A DNA stretch of 20,820 bases, taken from the IMG/VR virus record IMGVR_UViG_2778261009_000002. One strand, 5' to 3'. Made by a program: the position numbers and the translations under genes. The stretch is from a virus. Lineage: Duplodnaviria > Heunggongvirae > Uroviricota > Caudoviricetes. Of this stretch, positions 11,733-20,820 are shown one piece after another; within the stretch, counting starts at the first letter, position 1; the number at the start of each line of letters is the position of its first letter. Below the pieces are notes generated by a model. That model was not told where the DNA came from, searched no databases, and saw nothing but the letters and a program-made list of their open reading frames with translations.

Positions 11733-12148
11733 GCTTTGCCCTGAAACTGGCGCGCGAGATGGGGCGACCCGACTGGCGTGCCATGCTTGCCGGGATGTCA
11801 TCCACGGAGTATGCCGACTGGCACCGCTTTTACAGTACCCATTATTTTCATGATGTTCTGCTGGATATGCACTTTTCCGGGCTGACGTACACCGTGCTCA
11901 GCCTGTTTTTCAGCGATCCGGATATGCATCCGCTGGATTTCAGTCTGCTGAACCGGCGTGAGGCTGACGAAGAGCCTGAAGATGATGTGCTGATGCAGAA
12001 AGCAGCAGGGCTTGCCGGAGGCGTCCGCTTTGGCCCGGACGTGAATGAAGTTATCCCCGTTTCCCCGGATGTGGCGGACATGACGGAGGATGACGTAATG
12101 CTGATGACAGTATCAGAAGGGATCGCAGGAGGAGTCCGGTATGGCTGA
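11714..12148 (+). CDS. T: T segment of tail assembly protein GT (expressed as G-T fusion by -1 frameshift; product spans 11310..11713 joined to 11713..12148)
   Basis: The -1 frame ORF begins directly at the slippery site (VFDGELSFALKLAREMGRPDWRAML...) and ends 8 nt into H, the lambda arrangement. It has no independent ATG or RBS. Confidence 0.85.
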   Translation: MFDGELSFALKLAREMGRPDWRAMLAGMSSTEYADWHRFYSTHYFHDVLLDMHFSGLTYTVLSLFFSDPDMHPLDFSLLNRREADEEPEDDVLMQKAAGLAGGVRFGPDVNEVIPVSPDVADMTEDDVMLMTVSEGIAGGVRYG

Positions 12149-14702
12149 ACCGGTAGGCGATCTGGTCGTTGATTTAAGTCTGGATGCGGCCAGATTTGAC
12201 GAGCAGATGGCCAGAGTCAGGCGTCATTTTTCCGGTACGGAAAGTGATGCGAAAAAAACAGCGGCAGTCGTTGAACAGTCGCTGAGCCGACAGGCGCTGG
12301 CTGCACAGAAAGCGGGGATTTCCGTCGGGCAGTATAAAGCTGCCATGCGTATGCTGCCTGCGCAGTTCACCGACGTGGCCACGCAGCTTGCAGGCGGGCA
12401 AAGTCCGTGGCTGATCCTGCTGCAACAGGGTGGTCAGGTGAAGGACTCCTTCGGCGGGATGATCCCCATGTTCAGGGGGCTTGCCGGTGCGATCACCCTG
12501 CCGATGGTCGGGGCCACCTCGCTGGCGGTGGCGACCGGTGCGCTGGCGTATGCCTGGTATCAGGGCAACTCAACCCTGTCCGATTTCAACAAAACGCTGG
12601 TCCTTTCCGGCAATCAGTCGGGTCTGACGGCAGATCGTATGCTGGTCCTGTCCAGAGCCGGGCAGGCGGCAGGGCTGACGTTTAACCAGACCAGCGAGTC
12701 ACTCAGCGCACTGGTTAAGGCGGGAGTAAGCGGTGAGGCTCAGATTGCATCCATCAGCCAGAGTGTGGCGCGTTTCTCCTCTGCATCCGGCGTGGAGGTG
12801 GACAAGGTCGCTGAAGCCTTCGGGAAGCTGACCACAGACCCGACGTCAGGGCTGACAGCGATGGCACGCCAGTTCCATAACGTGACGGCGGAGCAGATTG
12901 CGTATGTTGCTCAGTTGCAGCGTTCCGGCGATGAAGCCGGGGCATTGCAGGCGGCGAACGAGGCCGCGACGAAAGGGTTTGATGACCAGACCCGCCGCCT
13001 GAAAGAGAACATGGGTACGCTGGAGACCTGGGCAGACAGGACAGCGCGGGCATTCAAATCCATGTGGGATGCGGTGCTGGATATTGGTCGTCCTGATACC
13101 GCTCAGGAGATGCTGATTAAGGCAGAGGCTGCGTTTAAGAAAGCGGACGACATCTGGAGTCTGCGCAAGGATGATTATTTTGTTAACGATGAAGCGCGGG
13201 CGCGTTACTGGGATGATCGTGAAAAGGCCCGTCTTGCGCTTGAAGCCGCGAGAAAGAAGGCTGAACAGCAGAGTCAACAGGACAAAAATGCGCAGCAGCA
13301 GAGCGATACTGAAGCGTCACGGCTGAAATATACCGAAGAGGCGCAGAAAGCTTACGAACGGCTGCAGACGCCGCTGGAGAAATATACCGCCCGTCAGGAA
13401 GAACTGAACAAGGCACTGAAGGACGGGAAAATTCTGCAGGCAGATTACAACACGCTGATGGCGGCGGCGAAAAAGGACTATGAAGCGACGCTGAAAAAGC
13501 CGAAACAGTCCGGCGTGAAGGTGTCTGCGGGCGATCGTCAGGAAGACAGTGCTCATGCTGCCCTGCTGACGCTTCAGGCTGAACTCCGGACGCTGGAGAA
13601 GCATGCCGGAGCAAATGAGAAAATCAGCCAGCAGCGCCGGGATTTGTGGAAGGCGGAGAGTCAGTTCGCGGTACTGGAGGAGGCGGCGCAACGTCGCCAG
13701 CTGTCTGCACAGGAGAAATCCCTGCTGGCGCATAAAGATGAGACGCTGGAGTACAAACGCCAGCTGGCTGCACTTGGCGACAAGGTTACGTATCAGGAGC
13801 GCCTGAACGCGCTGGCGCAGCAGGCGGATAAATTCGCACAGCAGCAACGGGCAAAACGGGCCGCTATTGATGCGAAAAGCCGGGGGCTGACTGACCGGCA
13901 GGCAGAACGGGAAGCCACGGAACAGCGCCTGAAGGAACAGTATGGCGATAATCCTCTGGCGCTGAATAACGTCATGTCAGAGCAGAAAAAGACCTGGGCG
14001 GCTGAAGACCTGCTTCGCGGGAACTGGATGGCAGGCCTCAGGTCCGGCTGGAGCGAGTGGAAAGAGAGTGCCACGGACAGTATGTCGCAGGTTAAAAGTG
14101 CAGCCACGCAGACCTTTGATGGTATTGCGCAGAATATGGCGGCGATGCTGACCGGCAGTGAACAGAACTGGCGCAGCTTCACCCGCTCCGTGCTGTCCAT
14201 GATGACAGAAATTCTGCTTAAGCAGGCAATGGTGGGGATTGTCGGGAGTATCGGCAGCGCCATTGGCGGGGCTGTTGGTGGCGGCGCATCCGCGTCAGGC
14301 GGTACAGCCATTCAGGCCGCTGCGGCGAAATTCCATTTTGCAACCGGAGGATTTACGGGAACCGGCGGCAAATATGAGCCAGCGGGGATTGTTCACCGTG
14401 GTGAATTTGTCTTCACAAAGGAGGCAACCAGCCGGATTGGCGTGGGGAATCTCTACCGGCTGATGCGCGGCTATGCCACCGGTGGTTATGTCGGTACACC
14501 GGGCAGTCTGGCTGACAGCCGGTCGCAGGCGTCCGGGACGTTTGAGCAGAATAACCATGTGGTGATTAACAACGACGGCACGAACGGGCAGATAGGTCCG
14601 GCTGCTCTGAAGGCGGTGTATGACATGGCCCGCAAGGGTGCCCGTGATGAAATTCAGACACAGATGCGTGATGGTGGACTGTTCTCCGGAGGTGGACGAT
14701 GA
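12141..14702 (+). CDS. H: Tail tape measure protein H
   Basis: 853-aa ORF, same length as lambda gpH, with coiled-coil-like Ala/Gln/Glu/Lys-rich repeats and a Gly-rich C-terminal region. Confidence 0.97.
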   Translation: MAEPVGDLVVDLSLDAARFDEQMARVRRHFSGTESDAKKTAAVVEQSLSRQALAAQKAGISVGQYKAAMRMLPAQFTDVATQLAGGQSPWLILLQQGGQVKDSFGGMIPMFRGLAGAITLPMVGATSLAVATGALAYAWYQGNSTLSDFNKTLVLSGNQSGLTADRMLVLSRAGQAAGLTFNQTSESLSALVKAGVSGEAQIASISQSVARFSSASGVEVDKVAEAFGKLTTDPTSGLTAMARQFHNVTAEQIAYVAQLQRSGDEAGALQAANEAATKGFDDQTRRLKENMGTLETWADRTARAFKSMWDAVLDIGRPDTAQEMLIKAEAAFKKADDIWSLRKDDYFVNDEARARYWDDREKARLALEAARKKAEQQSQQDKNAQQQSDTEASRLKYTEEAQKAYERLQTPLEKYTARQEELNKALKDGKILQADYNTLMAAAKKDYEATLKKPKQSGVKVSAGDRQEDSAHAALLTLQAELRTLEKHAGANEKISQQRRDLWKAESQFAVLEEAAQRRQLSAQEKSLLAHKDETLEYKRQLAALGDKVTYQERLNALAQQADKFAQQQRAKRAAIDAKSRGLTDRQAEREATEQRLKEQYGDNPLALNNVMSEQKKTWAAEDLLRGNWMAGLRSGWSEWKESATDSMSQVKSAATQTFDGIAQNMAAMLTGSEQNWRSFTRSVLSMMTEILLKQAMVGIVGSIGSAIGGAVGGGASASGGTAIQAAAAKFHFATGGFTGTGGKYEPAGIVHRGEFVFTKEATSRIGVGNLYRLMRGYATGGYVGTPGSLADSRSQASGTFEQNNHVVINNDGTNGQIGPAALKAVYDMARKGARDEIQTQMRDGGLFSGGGR

Positions 14703-15028
14703 AAACCTTCCGCTGGAAAGTGAAACCCGGTATGGATGTGGCTTCGGCCCCTTCTGTAAGAAAGGTGCGCTTTGGTGATGGCTATTCCCAGCGAGCGCCT
14801 GCCGGGCTGAATGCCAACCTGAAAACGTACAGCGTGACGCTTTCTGTCCCCCGTGAGGAGGCCACGGTACTGGAGTCGTTTCTGGAAGAGCACGGGGGCT
14901 GGAAAGCCTTTCTGTGGACGCCGCCTTATGAGTGGCGGCAGATAAAGGTGACCTGCGCAAAATGGTCGTCGCGGGTCAGTATGCTGCGTGTTGAGTTCAG
15001 CGCAGAGTTTGAACAGGTGGTGAACTGA
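14699..15028 (+). CDS. M: Tail tip assembly protein M
   Basis: 109-aa ORF (MKTFRWKVKPGMDVASAPSVRKVRFGDGYSQRAP...) overlapping the H stop; same length as lambda gpM. Confidence 0.95.
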   Translation: MKTFRWKVKPGMDVASAPSVRKVRFGDGYSQRAPAGLNANLKTYSVTLSVPREEATVLESFLEEHGGWKAFLWTPPYEWRQIKVTCAKWSSRVSMLRVEFSAEFEQVVN

Positions 15029-15726
15029 TGCAGGATATCCGGCAGGAAACACTGAATGAATGCACCCGTGCGGAGCAGTCGGCCAGCGTGGTGCTCTGGG
15101 AAATCGACCTGACAGAGGTCGGTGGAGAACGTTATTTTTTCTGTAATGAGCAGAACGAAAAAGGTGTGCCGGTCACCTGGCAGGGGCGACAGTATCAGCC
15201 GTATCCCATTCAGGGGAGTGGTTTTGAACTGAATGGCAAAGGCACCAGTACGCGCCCCACGCTGACGGTTTCTAACCTGTACGGTATGGTCACCGGGATG
15301 GCGGAAGATCTGCAGAGTCTGGTCGGCGGAACGGTGGTCCGGCGTAAGGTTTACGCCCGTTTTCTGGATGCGGTGAACTTCGTCAACGGAAACAGTGACG
15401 CCGATCCGGAGCAGGAGGTGATCAGCCGCTGGCGCATCGAGCAGTGCAGCGAACTGAGCGCGGTGAGTGCCTCCTTTGTACTGTCCACGCCGACGGAAAC
15501 GGATGGCGCTGTTTTTCCGGGACGTATCATGCTGGCCAACACCTGCACCTGGACCTATCGCGGTGATGAGTGCGGTTATCACGGTCCGGCAGTCGCGGAT
15601 GAATATGACCAGCCGACGTCCGATATCACGAAGGATAAATGCAGCAAATGCCTGAGCGGCTGTAAGTTTCGCAATAACGTCGGCAACTTTGGCGGCTTCC
15701 TTTCCATTAACAAACTTTCGCAGTAA
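15028..15726 (+). CDS. L: Tail tip protein L
   Basis: 232-aa ORF (MQDIRQETLNECTRAEQSASVVLWEIDLTEVGGERYFF...) with a cysteine cluster near the C-terminus; same length as lambda gpL. Confidence 0.95.
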   Translation: MQDIRQETLNECTRAEQSASVVLWEIDLTEVGGERYFFCNEQNEKGVPVTWQGRQYQPYPIQGSGFELNGKGTSTRPTLTVSNLYGMVTGMAEDLQSLVGGTVVRRKVYARFLDAVNFVNGNSDADPEQEVISRWRIEQCSELSAVSASFVLSTPTETDGAVFPGRIMLANTCTWTYRGDECGYHGPAVADEYDQPTSDITKDKCSKCLSGCKFRNNVGNFGGFLSINKLSQ

Positions 15727-15731
15727 ATCCC

Positions 15732-16475
15732 ATGACACAGACAGAATCAGCGATTCTGGCGCACGCCCGGCGATGTGCGCCAGCGGAGTCGTGCGGCTTC
15801 GTGGTAAGCACGCCGGAGGGGGAAAGATATTTCCCCTGCGTGAATATCTCCGGTGAGCCGGAGGCGTATTTCCGTATGTCGCCGGAAGACTGGCTGCAGG
15901 CAGAAATGCAGGGTGAGATTGTGGCGCTGGTCCACAGCCACCCCGGTGGTCTGCCCTGGCTGAGTGAGGCTGACCGGCGGCTGCAGGTGCAGAGTGATTT
16001 GCCGTGGTGGCTGGTCTGCCGGGGGGCGATTCACAAGTTCCGCTGTGTGCCGCATCTCACCGGGCGGCGCTTTGAGCACGGGGTGACGGACTGTTACACG
16101 CTGTTCCGGGATGCTTATCATCTGGCGGGGATTGAGATGCCGGATTTTCATCGCGGGGATGACTGGTGGCGTCACGGTCAGAATCTCTATCTGGATAATC
16201 TGGAGGCCACAGGGCTGTATCAGGTGCCGTTGTCATCAGCACAACCGGGCGATGTGCTGCTGTGCTGTTTTGGTTCATCGGTGCCGAATCATGCCGCCAT
16301 TTACTGTGGTGATGGCGAGCTGCTGCACCATATTCCTGAACAACTGAGCAAACGAGAGAGGTATACCGACAAATGGCAGCGACGCACACACTCCCTCTGG
16401 CGTCACCGGTCATGGCGCGCATCTGCCTTTACGGGGATTTGCAACGATTTGGCCGCCGCATCGACCTTCGTGTGA
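15732..16475 (+). CDS. K: Tail tip assembly protein K (MPN/JAMM plus NlpC/P60-like); full-length ORF 247 aa
   Basis: ATG at 15732, 6 nt after the L stop. Contains HSHPGG (JAMM-type motif) and a Cys/His arrangement compatible with an NlpC/P60 domain (VTDCYTLF ... HAAIY). The commonly annotated 199-aa lambda K would correspond to the internal ATG at 15875 (MSPEDWLQAEM...), which has GGAGG upstream. Confidence 0.85.
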   Translation: MTQTESAILAHARRCAPAESCGFVVSTPEGERYFPCVNISGEPEAYFRMSPEDWLQAEMQGEIVALVHSHPGGLPWLSEADRRLQVQSDLPWWLVCRGAIHKFRCVPHLTGRRFEHGVTDCYTLFRDAYHLAGIEMPDFHRGDDWWRHGQNLYLDNLEATGLYQVPLSSAQPGDVLLCCFGSSVPNHAAIYCGDGELLHHIPEQLSKRERYTDKWQRRTHSLWRHRSWRASAFTGICNDLAAASTFV

Positions 16476-17044
16476 AAACGGGGGCTGAAGCCATCCGGGC
16501 ACTGGCCACACAGCTCCCGGCGTTTCGTCAGAAACTGAGCGACGGCTGGTATCAGGTACGGATTGCCGGGCGGGACGTCAGCACGTCCGGGTTAACGGCG
16601 CAGTTACATGAGACTCTGCCTGATGGCGCTGTGATTCATATTGTTCCCAGAGTCGCCGGGGCCAAGTCAGGTGGCGTATTCCAGATTGTCCTGGGGGCTG
16701 CCGCCATTGCCGGATCATTCTTTACCGCCGGAGCCACCCTTGCAGCATGGGGGGCAGCCATTGGGGCCGGTGGTATGACCGGCATCCTGTTTTCTCTCGG
16801 TGCCAGTATGGTGCTCGGTGGTGTGGCGCAGATGCTGGCACCGAAAGCCAGAACTCCCCGTACACAGACAACGGATAACGGTAAGCAGAACACCTATTTC
16901 TCCTCACTGGATAACATGGTTGCCCAGGGCAATGTTCTGCCTGTTCTGTACGGGGAAATGCGCGTGGGGTCTCGCGTGGTTTCTCAGGAGATCAGCACGG
17001 CAGACGAAGGGGACGGTGGTCAGGTTGTGGTGATTGGTCGCTGA
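16373..17044 (+). CDS. I: Tail tip assembly protein I
   Basis: 223-aa ORF (MAATHTLPLASPVMARICLYGDLQRFGRRIDLRVKTG...) overlapping the K 3' end by about 100 nt, as in lambda. Confidence 0.93.
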   Translation: MAATHTLPLASPVMARICLYGDLQRFGRRIDLRVKTGAEAIRALATQLPAFRQKLSDGWYQVRIAGRDVSTSGLTAQLHETLPDGAVIHIVPRVAGAKSGGVFQIVLGAAAIAGSFFTAGATLAAWGAAIGAGGMTGILFSLGASMVLGGVAQMLAPKARTPRTQTTDNGKQNTYFSSLDNMVAQGNVLPVLYGEMRVGSRVVSQEISTADEGDGGQVVVIGR

Positions 17045-17104
17045 TGCAAAATGTTTTATGTGAAACCGCCTGCGGGCGGTTTTGTCATTTATGGAGCGTG
17101 AGGA

Positions 17105-20100
17105 ATGGGTAAAGGAAGCAGTAAGGGGCATACCCCGCGCGAAGCGAAGGACAACCTGAAGTCCACGCAGTTGCTGAGTGTGATCGATGCCATCAGCGAA
17201 GGGCCGGTTGAAGGTCCGGTGGATGGATTAAAAAGCGTGCTGCTGAACAGTACGCCGGTGCTGGACACTGAGGGGAATACCAACATCTCCGGCGTCACGG
17301 TGGTGTTCCGTGCCGGTGAGCAGGAGCAGACACCGCCGGAGGGGTTTGAATCCTCCGGCTCCGAGACGGTGCTGGGTACGGAAGTGAAATATGACACGCC
17401 GATCACCCGCACCATTACGTCTGCAAACATCGACCGTCTGCGCTTTACCTTCGGCGTGCAGGCACTGGTGGAAACCACCTCAAAGGGGGACCGGAATCCG
17501 TCGGAAGTCCGCCTGCTGGTTCAGATCCAGCGTAATGGTGGCTGGGTGACGGAAAAAGACATCACCATTAAGGGCAAAACCACCTCGCAGTATCTGGCCT
17601 CGGTGGTGGTGGGTAACCTGCCGCCGCGCCCGTTCAATATACGGATGCGCAGGATGACGCCGGACAGCACCACAGACCAGCTGCAGAACAAAACGCTCTG
17701 GTCGTCATACACCGAAATCATCGATGTGAAACAGTGCTACCCGAACACGGCACTGGTCGGCGTGCAGGTGGATTCGGAGCAGTTCGGCAGCCAGCAGGTG
17801 AGCCGTAATTATCATCTGCGCGGGCGCATTCTGCAGGTGCCGTCGAACTATAACCCGCAGACGCGGCAATACAGCGGTATCTGGGACGGAACGTTTAAGC
17901 CAGCATACAGCAACAACATGGCCTGGTGTCTGTGGGATATGCTGACCCATCCGCGCTACGGCATGGGGAAACGTCTTGGTGCGGCGGATGTGGACAAATG
18001 GGCGCTGTATGTCATCGGCCAGCATTGCGATCAGTCGGTGCCGGACGGTTTTGGCGGCACGGAGCCGCGCATCACCTGTAATGCGTACCTGACCACACAG
18101 CGCAAGGCGTGGGATGTGCTCAGTGATTTCTGCTCTGCGATGCGCTGTATGCCGGTATGGAACGGGCAGACGCTGACGTTCGTGCAGGACCGACCGTCGG
18201 ATAAGGTGTGGACCTATAACCGCAGTAATGTGGTGATGCCGGATGATGGTGCGCCGTTCCGCTACAGCTTCAGCGCCCTGAAGGACCGCCATAATGCCGT
18301 TGAGGTGAACTGGATTGACCCGAATAACGGCTGGGAGACGGCGACAGAGCTTGTGGAGGACACGCAGGCCATTGCCCGTTACGGTCGTAACGTCACGAAG
18401 ATGGATGCTTTTGGCTGTACCAGCCGGGGGCAGGCACACCGCGCCGGGCTGTGGCTGATTAAAACAGAACTGCTGGAAACGCAGACCGTGGACTTCAGCG
18501 TGGGTGCCGAAGGGCTTCGCCATGTACCGGGCGATGTCATTGAAATCTGCGATGATGACTATGCCGGTATCCGCACCGGCGGGCGCGTGCTGGCGGTAAA
18601 CAGCCAGACCCGGACGCTGACGCTCGACCGTGAAATCACGCTGCCATCTTCCGGCACCACGCTGATAAGCCTGGTTGACGGGCAGGGGAGTCCGGTCAGC
18701 GTGGAGGTTCAGTCCGTCACCGACGGCGTGAAGGTGAAAGTGAGCCGTGTTCCTGACGGCGTTGCTGAATACAGCGTATGGGGGCTGAAGCTGCCGACGT
18801 TGCGCCAGCGCCTGTTCCGCTGCGTGAGTATCCGTGAGAACGACGACGGCACGTATGCCATCACCGCCGTGCAGCATGTACCGGAAAAAGAGGCCATCGT
18901 GGATAACGGGGCGCACTTTGACGGCGACCAGAGCGGCACGGTAAATGGTGTCACGCCGCCAGCGGTGCAGCACCTGACCGCAGAAGTCACCGCAGACAGC
19001 GGGGAATACCAGGTGCTGGCCCGCTGGGACACGCCGAAGGTGGTGAAGGGCGTGAGCTTCCTGCTTCGCCTGACCGTGGCAGCGGATGACGGCCGTGAGC
19101 GGCTGGTCAGCACGGCCCGGACGACGGAAACCACTTACCGCTTCACACAACTGGCTCTGGGGAACTACAGGCTGACAGTCCGGGCAGTAAATGCGTGGGG
19201 GCAGCAGGGCGATCCGGCGTCGGTATCGTTCCGGATTGCCGCACCGGCAGCGCCGTCGCGGATTGAGCTGACGCCGGGCTATTTTCAGATAACCGCCACG
19301 CCGCATCTTGCGGTTTATGACCCGACGGTACAGTTTGAGTTCTGGTTCTCGGAAAAACGGATTGCGGATATCAGGCAGGTTGAAACCAGCGCGCGTTATC
19401 TTGGTACGGCACTGTACTGGATAGCCGCCAGTATCAATATCAAACCGGGCCATGATTATTATTTTTACGTTCGCAGTGTGAACACCGTTGGCAAATCGGC
19501 ATTCGTGGAGGCTGTCGGTCAGCCGAGTGATGATGCATCAGGCTATCTGGATTTTTTCAAAGGCGAGATAGGGAAAACCCATCTGGCTCAGGAGCTGTGG
19601 ACGCAGATTGATAACGGTCAGCTTGCGCCTGACCTGACTGAAATCAGGACGTCCATAACGGATGTCAGCAATGAAATAACACAGACCGTCAATAAGAAAC
19701 TGGAAGACCAGAGTGCAGCGATCCAGCAGATACAGAAGGTTCAGGTTGATACAAATAATAACCTGAACAGCATGTGGGCAGTGAAGCTGCAGCAGATGCA
19801 GGACGGACGCCTTTATATTGCGGGTATCGGTGCCGGTATTGAGAACACCCCTGACGGCATGCAGAGTCAGGTGCTGCTGGCAGCAGACAGGATTGCGATG
19901 ATTAATCCTGCGAATGGCAACACAAAGCCGATGTTTGTTGGTCAGGGCGATCAGATATTCATGAATGAAGTGTTCCTGAAACGCCTGACGGCCCCCACTA
20001 TTACCAGCGGCGGTAATCCTCCGGCATTTTCCCTGACATCAGACGGGAGACTGACGGCGAAAAATGCGGATATCAGTGGCAGTGTGAATGCGAACTCAGG

Positions 20101-20602
20101 AACGCTCAACAATGTCACGATTAACCAGAACTGTACGATTAAGGGCATGCTGGAGGCGACCCAGGTCAGAGGAGATTTCGTTAAAGCTGTATCAAAAGCC
20201 TTCCCGAAAAAAGTCGGTACGTGGGGTAACACGGAAACACCAAACGGTACGGTTACAGTCACCATCAGCGATGATCATAACTTTGACCGCCAGATTATTA
20301 TTCCGCCCATTATTTTTAACGGTATAGCGTATGACGATCCGGGGAGCGGAAATAACCCAGGAGGCACGCGATACACGGGTTATGGTTTTGAAGTTCGCAA
20401 AAACGGCGTATTAATCGCATCCAGAGAAACTAAAGGGGCCATTCCCGGTAGTTACAGTGCAGTTATTGATATGCCGAGTGGCAGGGGAAGCGTCACTCTG
20501 GAGTTTAAGATTTTCCAGAAAGGCAATCAGGGGGCAGGCAATATCACCGACTGTACGGTGATTGTGACCAAAAAAGCCGCTTCCGGCATCAGTATTCGTT
20601 GA
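17105..20602 (+). CDS. J: Central tail fiber / host specificity protein J, with C-terminal receptor-binding domain apparently divergent from lambda
   Basis: 1165-aa ORF with ATG at 17105 after GAGG. The N-terminal ~1000 aa match my memory of lambda gpJ (1132 aa) closely, including the fibronectin-III-like central region. The last ~150 aa differ and the protein is about 33 aa longer. Confidence 0.95.
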   Translation: MGKGSSKGHTPREAKDNLKSTQLLSVIDAISEGPVEGPVDGLKSVLLNSTPVLDTEGNTNISGVTVVFRAGEQEQTPPEGFESSGSETVLGTEVKYDTPITRTITSANIDRLRFTFGVQALVETTSKGDRNPSEVRLLVQIQRNGGWVTEKDITIKGKTTSQYLASVVVGNLPPRPFNIRMRRMTPDSTTDQLQNKTLWSSYTEIIDVKQCYPNTALVGVQVDSEQFGSQQVSRNYHLRGRILQVPSNYNPQTRQYSGIWDGTFKPAYSNNMAWCLWDMLTHPRYGMGKRLGAADVDKWALYVIGQHCDQSVPDGFGGTEPRITCNAYLTTQRKAWDVLSDFCSAMRCMPVWNGQTLTFVQDRPSDKVWTYNRSNVVMPDDGAPFRYSFSALKDRHNAVEVNWIDPNNGWETATELVEDTQAIARYGRNVTKMDAFGCTSRGQAHRAGLWLIKTELLETQTVDFSVGAEGLRHVPGDVIEICDDDYAGIRTGGRVLAVNSQTRTLTLDREITLPSSGTTLISLVDGQGSPVSVEVQSVTDGVKVKVSRVPDGVAEYSVWGLKLPTLRQRLFRCVSIRENDDGTYAITAVQHVPEKEAIVDNGAHFDGDQSGTVNGVTPPAVQHLTAEVTADSGEYQVLARWDTPKVVKGVSFLLRLTVAADDGRERLVSTARTTETTYRFTQLALGNYRLTVRAVNAWGQQGDPASVSFRIAAPAAPSRIELTPGYFQITATPHLAVYDPTVQFEFWFSEKRIADIRQVETSARYLGTALYWIAASINIKPGHDYYFYVRSVNTVGKSAFVEAVGQPSDDASGYLDFFKGEIGKTHLAQELWTQIDNGQLAPDLTEIRTSITDVSNEITQTVNKKLEDQSAAIQQIQKVQVDTNNNLNSMWAVKLQQMQDGRLYIAGIGAGIENTPDGMQSQVLLAADRIAMINPANGNTKPMFVGQGDQIFMNEVFLKRLTAPTITSGGNPPAFSLTSDGRLTAKNADISGSVNANSGTLNNVTINQNCTIKGMLEATQVRGDFVKAVSKAFPKKVGTWGNTETPNGTVTVTISDDHNFDRQIIIPPIIFNGIAYDDPGSGNNPGGTRYTGYGFEVRKNGVLIASRETKGAIPGSYSAVIDMPSGRGSVTLEFKIFQKGNQGAGNITDCTVIVTKKAASGISIR

Positions 20603-20623
20603 AATATTTATAACCCCAATAAA

Positions 20624-20649
20624 GGGCGTCAGGAATGACGCCTTTTTTA
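20624..20649 (+). terminator. Rho-independent terminator downstream of J
   Basis: GGCGTCA-GGAA-TGACGCC stem-loop (7-bp stem) followed immediately by TTTTTT, about 22 nt after the J stop. Confidence 0.6.
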
Positions 20650-20672
20650 TTGCAGAAAAGCGAGAGGTAATT

Positions 20673-20820
20673 ATGCGTAAAGTTTGTGCAGCAATTTTGT
20701 CCGCAGCCATTTGTCTGGCCGTATCCGGTGCGCCTGCATGGGCGTCTGAACATCAGTCCACGCTGAGCGCGGGGTATCTTCATGCCTCGACGAACGTCCC
20801 CGGCAGTGATGATCTGAACG
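20673..20820 (+). CDS. lom: Outer-membrane protein Lom (Ail/OmpX family), 5' partial; continues beyond window
   Basis: ATG at 20673 preceded by GAGAGG. MRKVCAAILSAAICLAVSGAPAWASEHQSTLSAGYLHASTNVPGSDDLN has a signal peptide with AWA cleavage motif and a near match to the lambda Lom N-terminus as I recall it. Truncated by the window end. Confidence 0.85.
   Translation, partial: MRKVCAAILSAAICLAVSGAPAWASEHQSTLSAGYLHASTNVPGSDDLN

Noticed and set aside
14239-14400. Gly-rich low-complexity stretch inside H as a possible separate feature
   Set aside because: It is in frame within the tape measure protein and is a normal feature of its C-terminal region.
17705-19453. 582-aa minus-strand ORF (plus the nested 18709..19134 ORF) antisense to J
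   Set aside because: It lies entirely inside the well-supported J coding region on the opposite strand. Long antisense ORFs are common in GC-rich coding DNA, and it has no RBS or start context.

Overview
This window is the cos-proximal late region of a lambda-like (lambdoid) prophage, most likely from E. coli or a close relative. From about 1.44 kb to 20.6 kb it is collinear with the phage lambda left arm, and the ORF lengths match lambda gene for gene: cos, then Nu1-A-W-B-C/Nu3-D-E-FI-FII-Z-U-V-G/GT-H-M-L-K-I-J, a terminator, and the 5' end of lom. I see no insertions inside this module. The first ~1.4 kb is different: a visibly AT-rich block with three small ORFs of unknown function (136 aa minus strand, 68 aa plus strand, 64 aa ribbon-helix-helix-like minus strand). 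The only other accessory-looking element is the 3' end of J, which appears to diverge from lambda and is lower in G+C. I did not find a convincing previously undescribed multi-gene system, CRISPR array, tRNA/rRNA or transposase. All homology statements are from reading the translations against remembered lambda proteins, not from a database search. The window holds no integrase, att site or immunity region, so prophage intactness cannot be judged.
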